Notes: generated by a model from the sequence alone, not told the origin. DNA of 64,000 nt from Podarcis tiliguerta (GCA_965153285.1 OZ229112.1); one strand, 5' to 3'. Positions 14,401 to 29,400 are shown, numbered from the stretch's first letter. Translations and numbers: made by a program.

Positions 14401-17400
14401 ACCAGCAAATGTTAATTTAAAAGCAAAACCAAATATTACCCTTTTCTTAATCTGAGCAGCAGAACTGGAATTTGACTGAGAACCAGTGAGGATCTCCTTA
14501 TAAAGATCTGAGTTCAAATCCCTTCTGTCCAAGAAAAGTAATGTAAAACATTTTGGAGGGGTCTATTCAGAAATAGACATGTTGTTCCAGCACAGCTGAC
14601 ACACACAAAAGCCTTTCACCTCTTGAACAGATGTAGAATGGTAAAGTTACAAATTTCCTTTCATAAAGGACTATACATTTCTGTTTTATCCCTTCATTAA
14701 ACATACTAACGGACACAGATTAGTTAAATGATGCATTCCTTATAGAAAAGACGATATCTGTAATTTGTCCCTCCATTAAACATACTAAGAAACACAGGTA
14801 TGAGAAAGCAATTTAAGGATTTAATTCATCAGAATTTGTTATATGAATGCAGTTCACACACAGCAGGGTTCTCTTGGGATGTCTTAACAGGATATAAATA
14901 TACTTTGCTAGTACCCCTTTGCTCATCTGTTTATTCATATGCTAATACATCCAGGAAGAGTAACTTCTATATGCAGTACTTTTTTGTTTGGCCATTTTAA
15001 TCAGGTCCCTAAAGACAACTGTATAAATAAATCCTTGGTTTAATGCATTCTAGGGGCCATTCAGAAGTTTTGCACATTCCTGTGGCCATTTGGAAGGAAT
15101 GCATTCTGGTCACATTTTGGCGTCATTCTTTTTTTAGCATGGTAATCCACGGCTCTAAACTGGTGTGATGCAGAGACTTTTTGCCTTCAAATATCTGGGG
15201 ACAGTTTGCTTATCCATCAAGCAGTCTTTGAGTAATCGCTCTGCCAGCCTCCATTTCCACCCACAGAATGGAGGCAATTACTACCTACCTCACAAGTTTG
15301 TGAGGATCAAAGGGATGAGGCAATGCTGCTATCTGTATCCAGCCTTCAGGAAAGGGAAGGCTTGGAAATCAATGAAATAATCATCCAACACTTAAAAGGA
15401 TGTTAAAGGTTAGTGAGTTAGAATGGTGCTGTTGCTAAACCACTATGAAAAGGTAAACCACCTTCCCTGTTTCTGTCCTAGTTTGAGATCCAGTGGATGA
15501 TGATTCATTGTGACCCTCAACGACCCCAGAGAGAAACTTGCGGTGAACTTACAGCTCGGAGTTCGGTAAGATTGTAGTGTAAGGTCTGTGCTTGGGCTGT
15601 GTACACACCAGCATCTTAAAATGCAGCTAGGTCATTCTTTTTCTCAATTTGGATCAGAGCTGGTTTGGGGGGAAATGCATAAGAACACAGTGTTTCACAA
15701 AAAAACGACAGGCTAGATTATAGACTGTGTATTTCACGTGTACACTGCTTCCCAAACAAGTGGGTGTGCACTGATTGCAGAGTAAATGGGAGTTTGTACA
15801 CAGCCTTAGTTTTAGAAGATTGGGGGATTCAAAGTGCCTTCATACATTTCCTTTCTAGCGATATATTATAACAGGCTGGGGGAAATAATGGCAATAATCT
15901 TTGCCTGATCATTCTGCTCAAAGCATAGATCAAGCCAAAAGTTGCTGGAAGAAGCAAGCTGCTGGCAGCAGGGCAAAGGGTTAAAAAGCCAGTGTCATTC
16001 AATCCCTCCTTTCTAGCCATCAGGTTTCCTCCAATCTCTGTTACCCTCCTCCACAGCCATTCATTAGCAGAATAACTGTGCCTATTGCAGACTGTGCTTT
16101 CCTAGGTGTTCTGGAGGGGTCCTTCTGGGGGTGATTTTTTAACATCCTAAAATCCATCTGAGGCAATCAGATACAAGTCCATGGCTCTCAGTGTTCCAGG
16201 CAAGAGGTTTTCCTGCCTCCTTGGGGTTTTCCTGCAAGTCATTTGCCTTTGCCTTTCTCAAGTAAGTTTTGCCTGACTTTTTCTTGTTCTTTTCAGATAA
16301 GCCAGACAGTCGTCAAGGTAAGTTTTAAAGGCAGGATGCTTGCCCAGTGCAGAGGATAAAGTGCTTCTATATGCTCCCTGTTCTGATCTATCAGCACTCT
16401 GCTTCCCCCCCCCCTTCCCTCTTTGTTTGGCAATCAAATGAACTGCTAATATTCATTTCTGTAATTATGCTATTATGTTGGAAAATATGCAGAAATTGTT
16501 GTGACCTGCTGGTGAACTTCCCTGCATCATTTATTTGGCTGGCCGCTTTTAAGAAACATGATGCTTGAATAGATGAAGGTTTGGTTCTACAAGGCAGTAC
16601 TTATTTCCTTTACCCTAGATCAGACTGCTTTGCAGAGGTACCATTTAAGCAGAACACAATTTCTGGCTTCAGTAGTGCCTCTTCCTTTGGCCTATGCAGT
16701 GATTGAACAGTCCACCCCTCATCCCATGTTGAAATCTGGCACCCCTGCCTCTTGAATATAATTTTTAGCTCAGTCGAATACTTTTTATTCAGTTTAGTGC
16801 AATGGGTCAGGTCAGGACTAAGGTATGTGAAAGGAGGTTCCATGGAAGTCAGTGGAACAAGTTAGTCACCATTTAATCCCATAAATTTCATTGTGACCTA
16901 AGTTCATCAAACTTGGTCTGGCTCCAACTCAATAGGTGGTTATGGATGCCCATGAGGAATTAATAAGGATACATTGCCCCTTCTTTAAGCAATCTTTTCA
17001 AAAACAAGAATCGGCATCATTAAAAGAGTGGCAAATGTAGGATCTTTTATCTGTGTTATATATATGAAGTAGGGATTCCAATCTGTGTCAGCCATTATGA
17101 GTATGGAACCAAGCAGAGGTGGTAGTTATTTTGGATGATTCAACATAAAGTGGTACAACATTTTAATGATTATTGTTTTACAGATCTTAGCCATGTTTTA
17201 TCTATTATTTATGAACACCTTTACAGAGAAAATGAAAAGGGTCATTGGTGCCCAAGAAACTCACTGGTTTAGCATAGCAAGGATAAGCTACTTTTCGGCA
17301 GTCTTTCTGAGGAAAAGTAGCCTTTTTTTAAAATGCCGTCTGAGAAGGCAGGAAACACAAGAATTATGTCTAGAACTGGCATTCTCACAGCCTGAAACTG

Positions 17401-20400
17401 CCTGGCAAATTGGTGCCCCTGCTTTTAGTGTCAGTAGTTCACCTTCTCTGCAAGAGGTGTGAGGGGAGCGAAAGGGGCCTGCTTAAAGGTTTGCTTCACA
17501 AAGCACCTATTGTGAAGTTAACGTTGCCTGGCAGTTGGAATTTAGTCATAAAAAGGAAACCGTGGAGTATGTTGTAGAATCTGAGGGCCCTCCCCAAAAC
17601 TATTTTGGGGGAATATGAGGCGCACTCTGAAGTTTCACATAGAAAGCAGCATATCTGAAAGGGATTTAGGAAGGTTTTTTGTGTTGGTTTTTTTTTAAGT
17701 GGGGGAGGTAGGTTCTATTTTTAGAAGAAAACTCTTACAGAAGAAAACATGTTATACACAGGACCATGATGGGAGGTTTTTGAAACCTTCATCATACATG
17801 CCTTTTAGAATATGAATATGGATCTTTAGGAATAATGGTGATCTCTCTTGGTAAGGTAAAGCATAGGGTATCCGGGGGGTTACTTTCAGAGATCAGTTTA
17901 TTTCCTCTCAATTTTTTTTAATATTATTATTATTTACAAAGGAAGGAAATTGTTGGACATCTGATCCAAAGAGCACAGTTTTATTACATTTTATCACTGG
18001 TGTAGTCATGGTTGGGAAGTCAACTTTTCTCTTCAGAATGTATGGGGGGAAGAAAAGCAAAGTATGCTATTTGCACACATACCCCCTAGGGATCTCTGGA
18101 AAAAAACCCACGCAAAACCACTAAACACAGTGATGGGCAGAATGATACATTTTAATCTCTAAGTCCCAGATTTACAGCATGTGACTGCATCCGTCTTGAA
18201 TTGTAGATTAACATAGGAGAGTGTGGTCAAAGTGTTGGGATTTAAAGAGTCCTAATGAAAAACGGAACACAATTCAATGGCACAGTTAAAGTTATCTGGG
18301 CACCGGGACAGGGAAGCTGAACTCTGGTCACGGATCCTGAGACTCCTGCATTGCAGGGGGTTGGACTAGATGACCCTCGGGGTCCCTTCCAACTCTATGA
18401 TTCTATGAATCTGTGGTGGCCCTTAACTGCTGGCTCTCAACTTCTACTCCTTCCCCCTATTTCTGGTATGATTTCTATGCCTTCCTGCTCCACTGTCTTA
18501 AGTGCTCTTTTATTTCTTGCCAGAGAGGCCCCCCAGGTCCACAAGGCCCCCCTGGCCCGCCAGGCCCCCCAGGAGTTCCTGGCATCGACGGCATCGACGT
18601 AAGTTTATTTTGTGCATAAAGCTGGACTGTCATCCTTGCTCGAGGAATTCCTCCCTGTAGCTGTCCCTCTGAGTATACAGTATTGAGCATGTGACACTTG
18701 AGTACGTCAACTCTCTGTAACCCACTGCTAGCCGGCGGAAGGAATTAGTTCCTGGGATTTTGTGCCAAGAATCTAAATGTGCATTCCAAGACTCATTTCA
18801 CGAGGGGCGTGCTAGTGGCTTGAAGTAAATTGGCATATATAATGTGTTTCTTTTAAATTGCATTAGGGGCTGTGTTAGTATTTATAACAGCGATTCTGCA
18901 GTCCTAGCAATCAGGGATTTCTTCTAAGAATATCTGAATAAAGCTTTTGCATATGGAAATGTGACAGGTTTAAAAAGTATCCTTACTTTGCCGTTTTCCT
19001 CTTCTATTCCTCTAGGGGGACAGAGGTCCTAATGGGCCCGTGGGCCCTGCGGTAAGTGGCTGATAGCTCTTGCCATGCTTTTATCAAAGGATTCATAGGT
19101 ATCTCCTCTCTTCTAATGCCTTAATTTTCCTCCATCTCCAATGCATTCCTGCAGGGCGCAGATGGTGAACCAGGTAGACCAGGTGTCCCTGGATTGCCAG
19201 GAATACCTGGGGCTGATGTGAGTAGATTTTCTTCTTCTTTGGGGCTAGGCAGAACCTCTCTCTGTGAGATGTTGCTACCAACCTGAAAGGCCTCTGGTTG
19301 TAATAGCAAGCCAGGGCATTTAGCCTGAGCGGGATATTTCCACGTGGAGAGACGGTCCCTTCTGGAGCAGAGGCAGACAGGGGCTGGGCGTTTCTAGGGG
19401 AGTGGCGGGGGAATGAGCAAAGCAGCTGATGCACTAAGCTTCTGGGAGAGGATTCATTCCTCCCAGAATTCCTTTGAATTCAAACAGGAAAAGTACTGCG
19501 TGCTGCAGCGGCCCTCCTTGCTTAGGGCAGGGCATAGCAGTAGGAAAAGGAATGCAAGGCAGGGATCCAGAGGTTGCTTGGGTTGAATCAGCACCTGGCT
19601 CTGATCCATCTTTCCCCTGCCCAATGACAGTTTTGCAACTTGTTAGGACAGATTTCTGAGAGGTGCTGGGACTGGGGATAAATTAGGAGATGTATTGCAC
19701 CTAACAAGGCCCCAAAGCCAGGTTTTGTATGTTCCTATACCTCATAATATTTTGTCTGAGAAAGCAAGATAATATTCCTGAGGTTTGTTCCCCACTTTAC
19801 ATTCCCACATTTCAAATGGGGTTTCTGATTTTTTTGGAAGGAACATTAGCAGATGACTAATTTCTTCCAAAACAATGGCAGAGATACAGGTCTGATTAAT
19901 TAATTGTAATTAATTGGTTATTGTGAGCTCATGAGAGTGAGCTTTGAGCTTGTCATATGTGGTGCCCTCCCTCCCTCTACTGTGTAGAAACCTATGTGGC
20001 ACAGGTCATATTCTACACATGATTTTTTTCTTTTAATGGCAATTTGTAGGACATGCTTGTGAACTATGCAGGGTCGTCTTTAGCAGATACGGCACCAGGG
20101 TGCAAATATCTGCCCAGCACCCCCCAAATTACCACAGATAGTGTTGGGGTGGCCGTAGCTGCGCACTGCCAGCCATTGGGGGGCGCAACTCTCCTCCATG
20201 TCGCTGCGGGAGAGTGATCCCCGCAGAGGCTTGGGAGGGAAGCTGCACGCCTGCCAGCCTTATGGTTGGCGGGGCGCAGCTGGCGGGCGTGCAGGGAAAG
20301 GGGAGGCCACCGGCAAAGCTGCGCAGCTCCCCCACTTTCTGGGGTGCCCTTGAGAAGCCGGCGCCCTGGCGTGACGCACCACTAAACCCTATGGGAAAGA

Positions 20401-23400
20401 CGGCTCTGGAACTATGCCCATATAAAGACTCCAAGTTACATGGGAGGATAGCTGAGTCGGAAGAGCATGAATGAGACTCTCTCAGGGTTGTGGTCTTGAG
20501 CCCCACTTTGGACAAAAGATCCTGCATTTCCAGGAGTTTGGACTAGATGACTCTTGTGGTCCCTTCCAACTCTGCATTTCTCTGATGTTCTGCATACAGC
20601 GCTTTGTAAGCGTGCAGAAATGCCCTCAAGTGCATGCAAGGTTGTTCAGCAGAGGTTATTTCTTTTGGGCCACCATCTTCAAACCTCTTTCTCCAGAGTA
20701 ATCAAAATGAAATATATAGGACTGCTGTAGTATAGGTGTTTGGCAAGATACCCAGAACCTTTTAAAGCCTTTTCATTAATGGTTGTTAATTCTAAATAAT
20801 GACTGAGGAGGCTGCAGTACAACACAAGTTGGGTGTGCTTAAGTCCATTTTTTTCAGTGGGTTTCAGCATATTTTAGTTGTTGGGTTGTAGCCTAGTCTG
20901 TGGTGAAAAGACGCAAACTGTATTTGGGCAGTTTGCCCAAATACAGACCTTGGGCAAACTGCCAAGTTCCCCGCAAGCACAATCCTGTGTCTATTTACTA
21001 AGGAGTAAGTCCCACCATCTTCAATGGGGCTTCCTTCCTAGGTCAGTGTGTTTACAATTGCAGCCTCAGGCTCAGGCCAGTTTGAATCTGGATAGCATCA
21101 TATTTTGGAACTTTTTCTGGGACTGTTTTCACACTGCTTTCTCTTGGGGTTGTTTCCAAAAAGCTTCCTTCCTCTGATGGGAAATGAATCCTACCACTAC
21201 TAGAGGAAGGCAACTTTTGGATCCAGCTGCAACACTCACGTGCAGACACATGAATACATGCACACACATACATGTTATACTGAGCTGATTATCTTGTTTG
21301 GAACTTGGCACATTTTATAAACAGTTCCTTCTTGTGAACTGAAAGGTAATTGTTACTGTAATAAAAGTATATGCTTTGTTCCACAAGGGACTGACAGGCC
21401 CTGATGGATCCCCAGGCCGTGCTGGTCCAAAAGGACAAAAGGTAAGTTTAAAATCCATTATTAAGTTTTCTTTCAGTTTTTTGGCCTCAGGACTTTTTAA
21501 CAGGACTTTTGTATTTTGATTTTGTTCTGTGAACTGCCCTGAGACCTCCTGGTATAGGGTGGTATATAAACAACAACAACTCAACAACACAGTCGCAAAT
21601 ATCTAAAGATACTTACTAGCTGTTGATTAGTGATTTTAATGTTATGGAATATTATGGAAAGTTCCCCACTATGTCCCCCTACCTCCAACATGAAAATTTA
21701 TTATTCTGCTCACTATATAACTGGTTTTAGACCCTCCCAGATAATATACATTTTATTTTTTGCAGGGTGAACCCGGGTTGCCTGGAGGCCGTGGACTGCC
21801 TGTACGTAATAGATTTTTATATAGTATCTATTTTAAAAAATCAATACTATGAATTTCTTTTCAGCTTTAGAAAAGTAAAACAAAGGCAAGAGGAAAGCAG
21901 AGTGGGGGAGGGGAGAACCAACCCTCTCATAATCCCTGAGGGAGTTTCCAGTCAGACTAAAATAACACAAGAGCATAGAAAGTAGAACTTCTATCTTGAA
22001 ATCAGTAGAGAGCAGATTTAATTTCTTCGCCTCCTTAGCCTTTATATGCCAGCCTTCAGAAACTGGCCTTTAAAAACAACCTCTGTAGTATTTCATGGTC
22101 GAAATTGCTTGTGCTGACAAGATCAGGGGATTTTCTGATGAAGATCCGAAGGACCTTGTCCAGAGTTCTGGGATGGGGCTTTTTAAAAGCCCCTTCCTAC
22201 TTCTGCCCCTCAGACTATTAAAAAAGACCCTGATCATTGGAAGTTGGTATGGACTCCCCCAGAAAAGAAGTATTATTAGCATGAAAAGCTGTGCTTGGAA
22301 AGGAAAACTGGCATCCATTCTGCTCATAGAAACAGGAGCTATTAAGCTATTGTCAGGGCCTATTTACAGATTGGCCTTATCATGATGATGTTTTTTATTT
22401 TTATTATTTTATTTATACCATGCCCATCTGATAGGGTTGCCCCAGCCACTCTGGGCAGGATGTTATACTTCTGTCATAGTCTTCACCAAGGAGCTCAGTG
22501 TTAAACTCCTTCCTTCAATTCTGTATTCACCACAACCCTGTGAGGTAGGCAAGTCTGAGAGAATGTGGCAAGCCAAATATCACCCAGTGAACTAATGGCT
22601 GAGTGAGGAGTTGAACTAGGGCCTTCCATCTCCTAATCCAACTCCTTAACTGCGCCACATGGGTGTTCGTGTGGGCTTTACCTTGCCTTTATATTTGAAC
22701 TGTACACACACATATTAGAGAGACAGGAATCCAAACAGTTCTTTGTGAGAGTGGAAAGTGTTTCTGTGCACAAGGAGAAAGGAGCTGAACAAAAATGGCC
22801 TTGGTGCAGAGTTAAAAAACAACTCACCCTTTATATTCCCCTGCCCCACCCATTTTCAAGTCATAGACCAGCATATTCAGGAGGGCTGGGAACGGGTAAC
22901 AAAATATACAGAAACAAATTAAGTGTACATCAAGCACTAGTTTACAATATATGAAAACTAATAAAAGATCAATCAAAATATTTATAGGATGTGAATTCCT
23001 GTGTAAACAACACTTCTTAAACTGCAGAACTGAAGAGCCACCAATAAAAAGGCCTTCCTATATTGTGCAAACCAATGGCAGTGTTCCTCCCATTTCAAAT
23101 ATGTTCGTCTTTCTTTGGAATTGCGGCAAAGGAAAGGTTAAAGTCAACTTCCCTACGTGCCACAGTACTGATCCTGCTTGGGGTCCCATGCAGCAACTAT
23201 TTGCATAACAATAGGTGCAGACACTGCATTAACAATAACACACTGAAACATCATGTTTATTTTGGCCTTCAGAAACTGCAAAAATTGAATCCAGAACCCT
23301 GTAACTTCTTATGACTTCTGTTTCTTTCCAGGGGTGGAGGAAGGGGGGTGTGGTGGCTGTAAGCCACCCCCGGTGTCACCTCTGGGGTGTGTGTGACAAA

Positions 23401-26400
23401 ATGCCAGGTGGCACTCACTGCGGGGCCTGTAGCGTGCCCAAGCCACTGTGTCTCTCCAAGGAGAGACATGGTGGTTTGGGCACGTGCAGGCTCCGCTCTG
23501 CCCACATGGTCCACCCACTGCCTCCCCCCCCCCCAGCTGTAGGGTGACTACAGTGGGAGGAGACAGGCAGACTCTGGAGTGCGCCCCGCCCCTTCCTCCA
23601 CCACTTCCCCCCCTGTTCTATTTAATACCATTTACATAACAGATTACTCCCTAATTAAAATATATATGCCTAAAAAATCACTATGGCTTCCAACAAATAT
23701 TAAAACAATAGAATGAAACAAGGGGATTGTATGTATTTAAAGAAGGTAAAGGGACCGAAATAACCTTAGTGAGTGTTAGGAGAACATTCACTAAGAACAC
23801 TTGCTCAAAAGTGTTCAGGGTGGCGTTGCTGCCTTTCTTACAAGCCTTTGTTTGTTTGTTTTAAACAAAATAAATGATACATGGAGCTGTGGATAAATAG
23901 GAAAGCATGCTACTGCTGTGAGAGAAATGTTACCGACAGCAGTAACATGAGTGCAGTACTGTTTGTTCATAATGAAAGCAAATTACTGTTGTTTGATAGA
24001 AGGCAAAATTAAAGGTGGCTGATGAGAAGGTTCCTACAGATGCCGGTTTCCTAGTGGAACGATTTAGCAGAGCATGTGGCGAATGATTGCACGGAATAGC
24101 TTGTGATAGCTGCTAATTTAAGCAGACTGAATAGAAGAAAGTCACCCTGCATTTCATTACTTGGGGAATCAGAATAACAAAAAGAGAAACCAGTGGAAAT
24201 GCAATATAACATTGAGACATTTTAGGAAAGATCCAAGCCTAGGGATCTTTGGGGGTGATGTTAGCATATCCTGCACTGCCACCAGGTAGGCCTCACCGTC
24301 AGTCACCCAAAGGAGAGATTTCTCATTTAAAATGTTCTGATGTACACTGGCACTCAGTTAGGGCCTGATGACTTCCACGGACACCAACTTAATTATCTCC
24401 AGTGCCTATGCAACCCAACACTATGTATCCTCCCCAGCATCAGGACAGGGTCCCGAGTCCCCAGAAGATAATGAAGGCAGGGACAATTGCAGCTGCCTTA
24501 CCTAGTGCTTCTCTTCCTAGCGCCAGGCTGAATGAGTACTGGGTGACTGGAGCTGTGTTGTTTCCAGCACTGCCACCTCCCTACCATTGCCTGTCATGGC
24601 TGTTGCCCCACTACCACCCATCTTTGTGCTTTGAGGCGGGGCCAACCACAGGGCTCCTTTCCCAGGGCCACCTCCCTGCTGCTGGCAGAAAGGTGCTATA
24701 GGTTCCCTCACCCAGCTTCTGGAAACCATGCATCTCCGCAAACTTGAAAAGAACATGTGCACTTCTGTTTTCTAGCATCGTTATGGCAACGGCATTGAGC
24801 TTTAGAAATGTTAAGTTGTACCTTTAAGCCTAGATTAATCTATAAAGAAAATGGCTTGAATTGTTCTTTTAATAAAAAAAGGTTCTCTAAATAATGATTG
24901 ATCTATTACAGGGAGCACCTACCACGAAAGTAGTAAGCTTTAAACTTCATGAAATTGCTATCCATCCCAAATACCCAGAGAGCTAAAAATAATGCTTTCA
25001 TTATTCAACAGTTTTTTGGGGGGGGGGGGAATCCATCTTGTTATTTGTTCTCTCATTTTATTGTTGGAGTGCCATGAAGTCTGAATATACTAAAAAACTA
25101 AAATGTGCTAATTTTTTTCCCTTTCAGGGTAAAGGTATTCCTGGATCTCTAGTAAGTAGATATTCACCAACTATCAGTAGCATAATAAAATAATACATTT
25201 TATCTTCAGTGCAATAGGTCTATTGGTAATATTTTTAAAAAATAACCTCTTAAGGTTGAGTTGGTACTTCTGTTTAGAAAGCCATTTATCCCTTAGATAA
25301 GGGTGGCTGTTTATAAAGAGTTTAATCAAATCAATGTTTTTTTCAAATGTAGGGTCCTGCCGGTATTGCAGGACTTCCTGGTGAAGTGGGCAGAGTTGGG
25401 CCACCTGTGAGTATATATCACTGCATATATTTTTTTAATCACTGGTCTAAATTTTCATGTTAACTAATTAAATTCCCCATACTAATTATGCATGTTTAGG
25501 AACGATGTTTCCCAACAATGTCTGGCACATGAAGGCTAACCACGTTTACCTTGAAATAAGGGCTGGATAGCATGGTGAAAAACGTCCCAAATGATGTATG
25601 CGACTGGGCACGCAAATGGATTTCCATGCAGAGGTTTAACTGCATGGTGGTTACTTTTCAAGATTCTGAGTGGTTTTGTATGTAATAGGGGCTTTAGTGA
25701 TGGTGAATCGAGCATGAGGCATCTTTAGTTATTTAATAGCTGCTATCATCTCTGAGCACTTCAGTAATAGAAATCACCATCCCATATCTTTGCGATGTAT
25801 TTCTTTTATGGACGAAACAAGGGATATAGATTGCTGTAGCCTCTGTTCCTCCTGTCATGTAAAACTACTTTTATATTCTGTGAACCTACGAGTGTTCCAG
25901 AACTCTGAACTTAACATCAGTGTAAATGGTCTCCTCTGCGATTCTACAGCCTTATTTACAATAAGGCCAGAACAGATATCAGTTATGCAGGTCACTGATA
26001 TACACTTGTGCCACCTTCAAACTATTTAGGGTGATCCTGGAAAGAGAGGCCCTCCTGGAGTGCCAGGCCCCCCCGGCCCCATGGTAAGTTCGAGATACTC
26101 ATTTTATTATAGATTTATTAAAATGTCTGTTTCCCCAACTCTTTCGAAGTGTAGGGGGATGTTTCTGTGGGTTAGAAGTAGCATTACTTTGTTGTGACAT
26201 TCCCTCCAGTGGCCACAGTTGACCTGGTACGGTACTGAATTTCAAAGCCTTCTCAGTAAAGGAGTACTTCTTTTCGTATGTGTTTCCATTTATGCTGGTG
26301 GAAGCAGGTGGCAAGGTCTGGGATCATGCACTGTTTCTGGTACAGAAGATGCCCTGCTTCACCAGAGAATACACCCTTAGAGTTTGATGAGCCATTTCAC

Positions 26401-29400
26401 AAGATTTTAGGGAGGTCTCAACATCCACCCGGCCCCCTTCTAAGTTGTGACTTGTTCTCTAGCAGTGTTGGAGGATATACAGATAACGGCCTATTTGTGC
26501 GGGGGTTATGTTCCTGATCTCCCCACCCCCACCCCGCACATCAGCGGAGCATGCATAAGCTCGTTCCGTCCCACTCTGTCCCTTTTCCAGCCAATTCCAG
26601 GTCACTGTGATACATGGTTGCACATCAGTTGAACGTGTGTAAATCTGACGTTGCCTGTACTATGCTCTTTGTATAGGTAACAGGGTAGATTGACAGGTCT
26701 GCTTGCAATCTCAGTCAGGTAACAGTCCATATGAAATCCATTCCTTTTAATCAGTTCACCTTTATGTTTGGTTACCCATCTACACGGCAAGGCAAAGTAA
26801 ATAGCTAAATAGATAGGTTGAGCTCTTTTACAAGGTTGCATTCCAAGTGCATATTCTCCTTTGAGAAAGAGGTTGCAGAATGTCCCTTAACAAATGAATG
26901 AATTAAACACCCAGTGAGGACCCACCTTGCTGAAATGTGGTGCATTTTGGCATACAACCCATAGCTTTTAAAAAGAGAGATTGTGTATGAATGTGTACAA
27001 ATGTCTGTCTACCTAGCCACCCACCTACCCACCCATTTATTACTCTTCTTCACATCTTTAGCAGAAAATACAGATGGCTTTGGGGGGCAGGGGAACAATG
27101 TGGATTGCTGAAATCAGAAAGTTGGGGACTGTGTTGAATCTGCCTTTTGTTCATTTTCCTGTTATGCTATGCCTTTAAAAACAAAAACTGTTCTATTAAA
27201 TCTCCAGGGAACAGTTGGACTTCGTGATGGAGATCCACTGGTAAGATATTTATTTTACCTTTTTGGATGAAAAAAATGCTTTTCTATAATAGTTTCTCAT
27301 CCTTAACTCAGCTTTTGGGTTTTCTCTCCCCCACTCCCAGTGTCCCAATTCTTGTCCACCTGGCCGGTCAGGATATGCTGGGCTAATGGGCATGAAGGTA
27401 AGAGAATATGTTGTAATTGTGGATGCATATTGAATACATTGAGTTGCAGAAATGGAAGGCAGCACACAGAAGCCATCTTTCTTTCCCCCTCCTCTCATTC
27501 TGAAGCCCCCCATGTACCCCCTGAAAAGACCTTCAGAAGATTGGGGGGGACCTGCTAACCACCTTAGGCTTTGCTATACATGGGAGAAGGGATCTTGTGG
27601 GAGCCTGGTACATATCAAAATTTTAAAAGATAGTGCTTGTTTAAACCTACTAATTAAACAGGGCTTTGCTGTTATGCTTTAGGGTCACAAAGGAGTAAAA
27701 GGAGAGGCTGGTGAACCAGGAAAACAAGGCCATAAGGTAAATGAAATAGAATACTAGGTTAAAATGATTTGGAAAGCCAATGGTTGAAAGAGGAATCATG
27801 TTTAATTTTGTTATGCTTTTAACAAACGAAAAGAACAGTAGCTTTCCTCTTAGATTTATTTACCCACTATTGCCACAGCACTTTTTTATGTTTTAATCCC
27901 TAACAGCTTTGATGTCTTCTCCAATAAGGCAGTTTCTGCATGGACTTCCCTTCTGCGTAAAATATGTTTTGTGTACTGCACGTAGGCCATATGAGTTGCA
28001 AGAACACACTGATCAATAACGTTAATAAATAGTGCACACCCTCTCTTACAGGCTGAGGCCACAATCCTGACCTCATTTACATGGGAGTAAGCCCAATTGA
28101 TTTCAGTTCGACTTACATCTGAGTACATGATTAGGTGTTAGAATGTTCTATAAACTAATTTGTTATTATTTGTACTTATTTAGGGCGAGGAAGGTGAACA
28201 AGGAGGAGTAGGTGATGTTGGCACTCAAGGCCCACCAGTAAAGTATTTCCTTTTAATTAGCTTTTTATTCGCATTCTGTTATCTCTAATGGCTATGTACA
28301 GGTGTGAGAAATTGTACTATTTATTCCTTTAATCCACCTGCAAAAGATTCATTTCCAGCTGTTCAAACCAGGTGTGAACTGACACATTGAGATGACGCAA
28401 ATCACAGCTATGTTGTCCTTTTTTTAAAATTATCATATGTTTAGATCTTTCCCATCTGTTTTTGTTACGTAATGTTCAGTAGCTAGAGCTTTTTAATTCT
28501 TGATTTTATTAAAAGTAAACTATCTTTAAAATCTACGTGCCTAAAATGAGATGCGCTTCTTATAATCAAGATCTGAAAAGGTCTTTTAAAAAAAGAAAAA
28601 GTATATTATCCAAGGAAATATGGTATGAAAATTTGCATATACAGGATAATTCAGCTGCGCAAAACTGCATACTTACAATAAATTTTGCATTTCAGGGACC
28701 TCAAGGGTTAAGAGGTATAACTGGCATAATGGGACCCAAAGGTGACAAGGTAAGTAATAGCAACGATACCTTTATCATTTTAAATGATAACTTTATCATT
28801 TTAAAGCACAGGGGTGCTACCCCACAACACTGTCTGCTACTGCCTGGTACTGTGGGAGAAGACTCCTGTCAACCCCCAGTAAACTAGGTGGACCAAGAAT
28901 CTATCTTTAGAAATGGAAAGCAGAATAGCTTATTGTCCATATGTGGTGCTCCTCTTTAGGCTGTCAACTCTCTGGCACACGTGGATCTCATTTTCAGAAA
29001 ACCAAATTTACCTTTCTGATTTTCAGAGGTGTTCATCAAGGCTCACCTTGAATACTTTGAATCTTTTATTGACCAAGAATGAAACACTATTATTATAGCC
29101 AGCGTACTTATTTTATTGACTCACCAGAATTGCTATTTACTATTACCCTTCCCATTTACTCATGTTGCTACATCAGATTAAATGTGTATATAAAGGCTTT
29201 TTCCGAGGTACCGCTTCTTGATTACATTACATATTCTCTTCTACTATTGCTGTTTCTTTTTGCTTGCAATTGTCTCATCTGTAAAGCATTCTTGCAGCAG
29301 TTCCATAAAGGACAACCTATTTTGGTTCAATTCACTATAATTCTGTAGAATAGCACACTCATATGTTACGTGCAGGGCATTGAGAAATAGTTGAAGAGCG

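Noticed and set aside
18475-19434. Minus-strand Gly/Pro-rich ORFs here and at 52805-53104 and 61947-62288
   Set aside because: Antisense shadows of collagen Gly-X-Y exons
20444-20510. tRNA-Lys-like sequence
   Set aside because: Degenerate and fused to a CR1-like tail, so a SINE head rather than a tRNA gene
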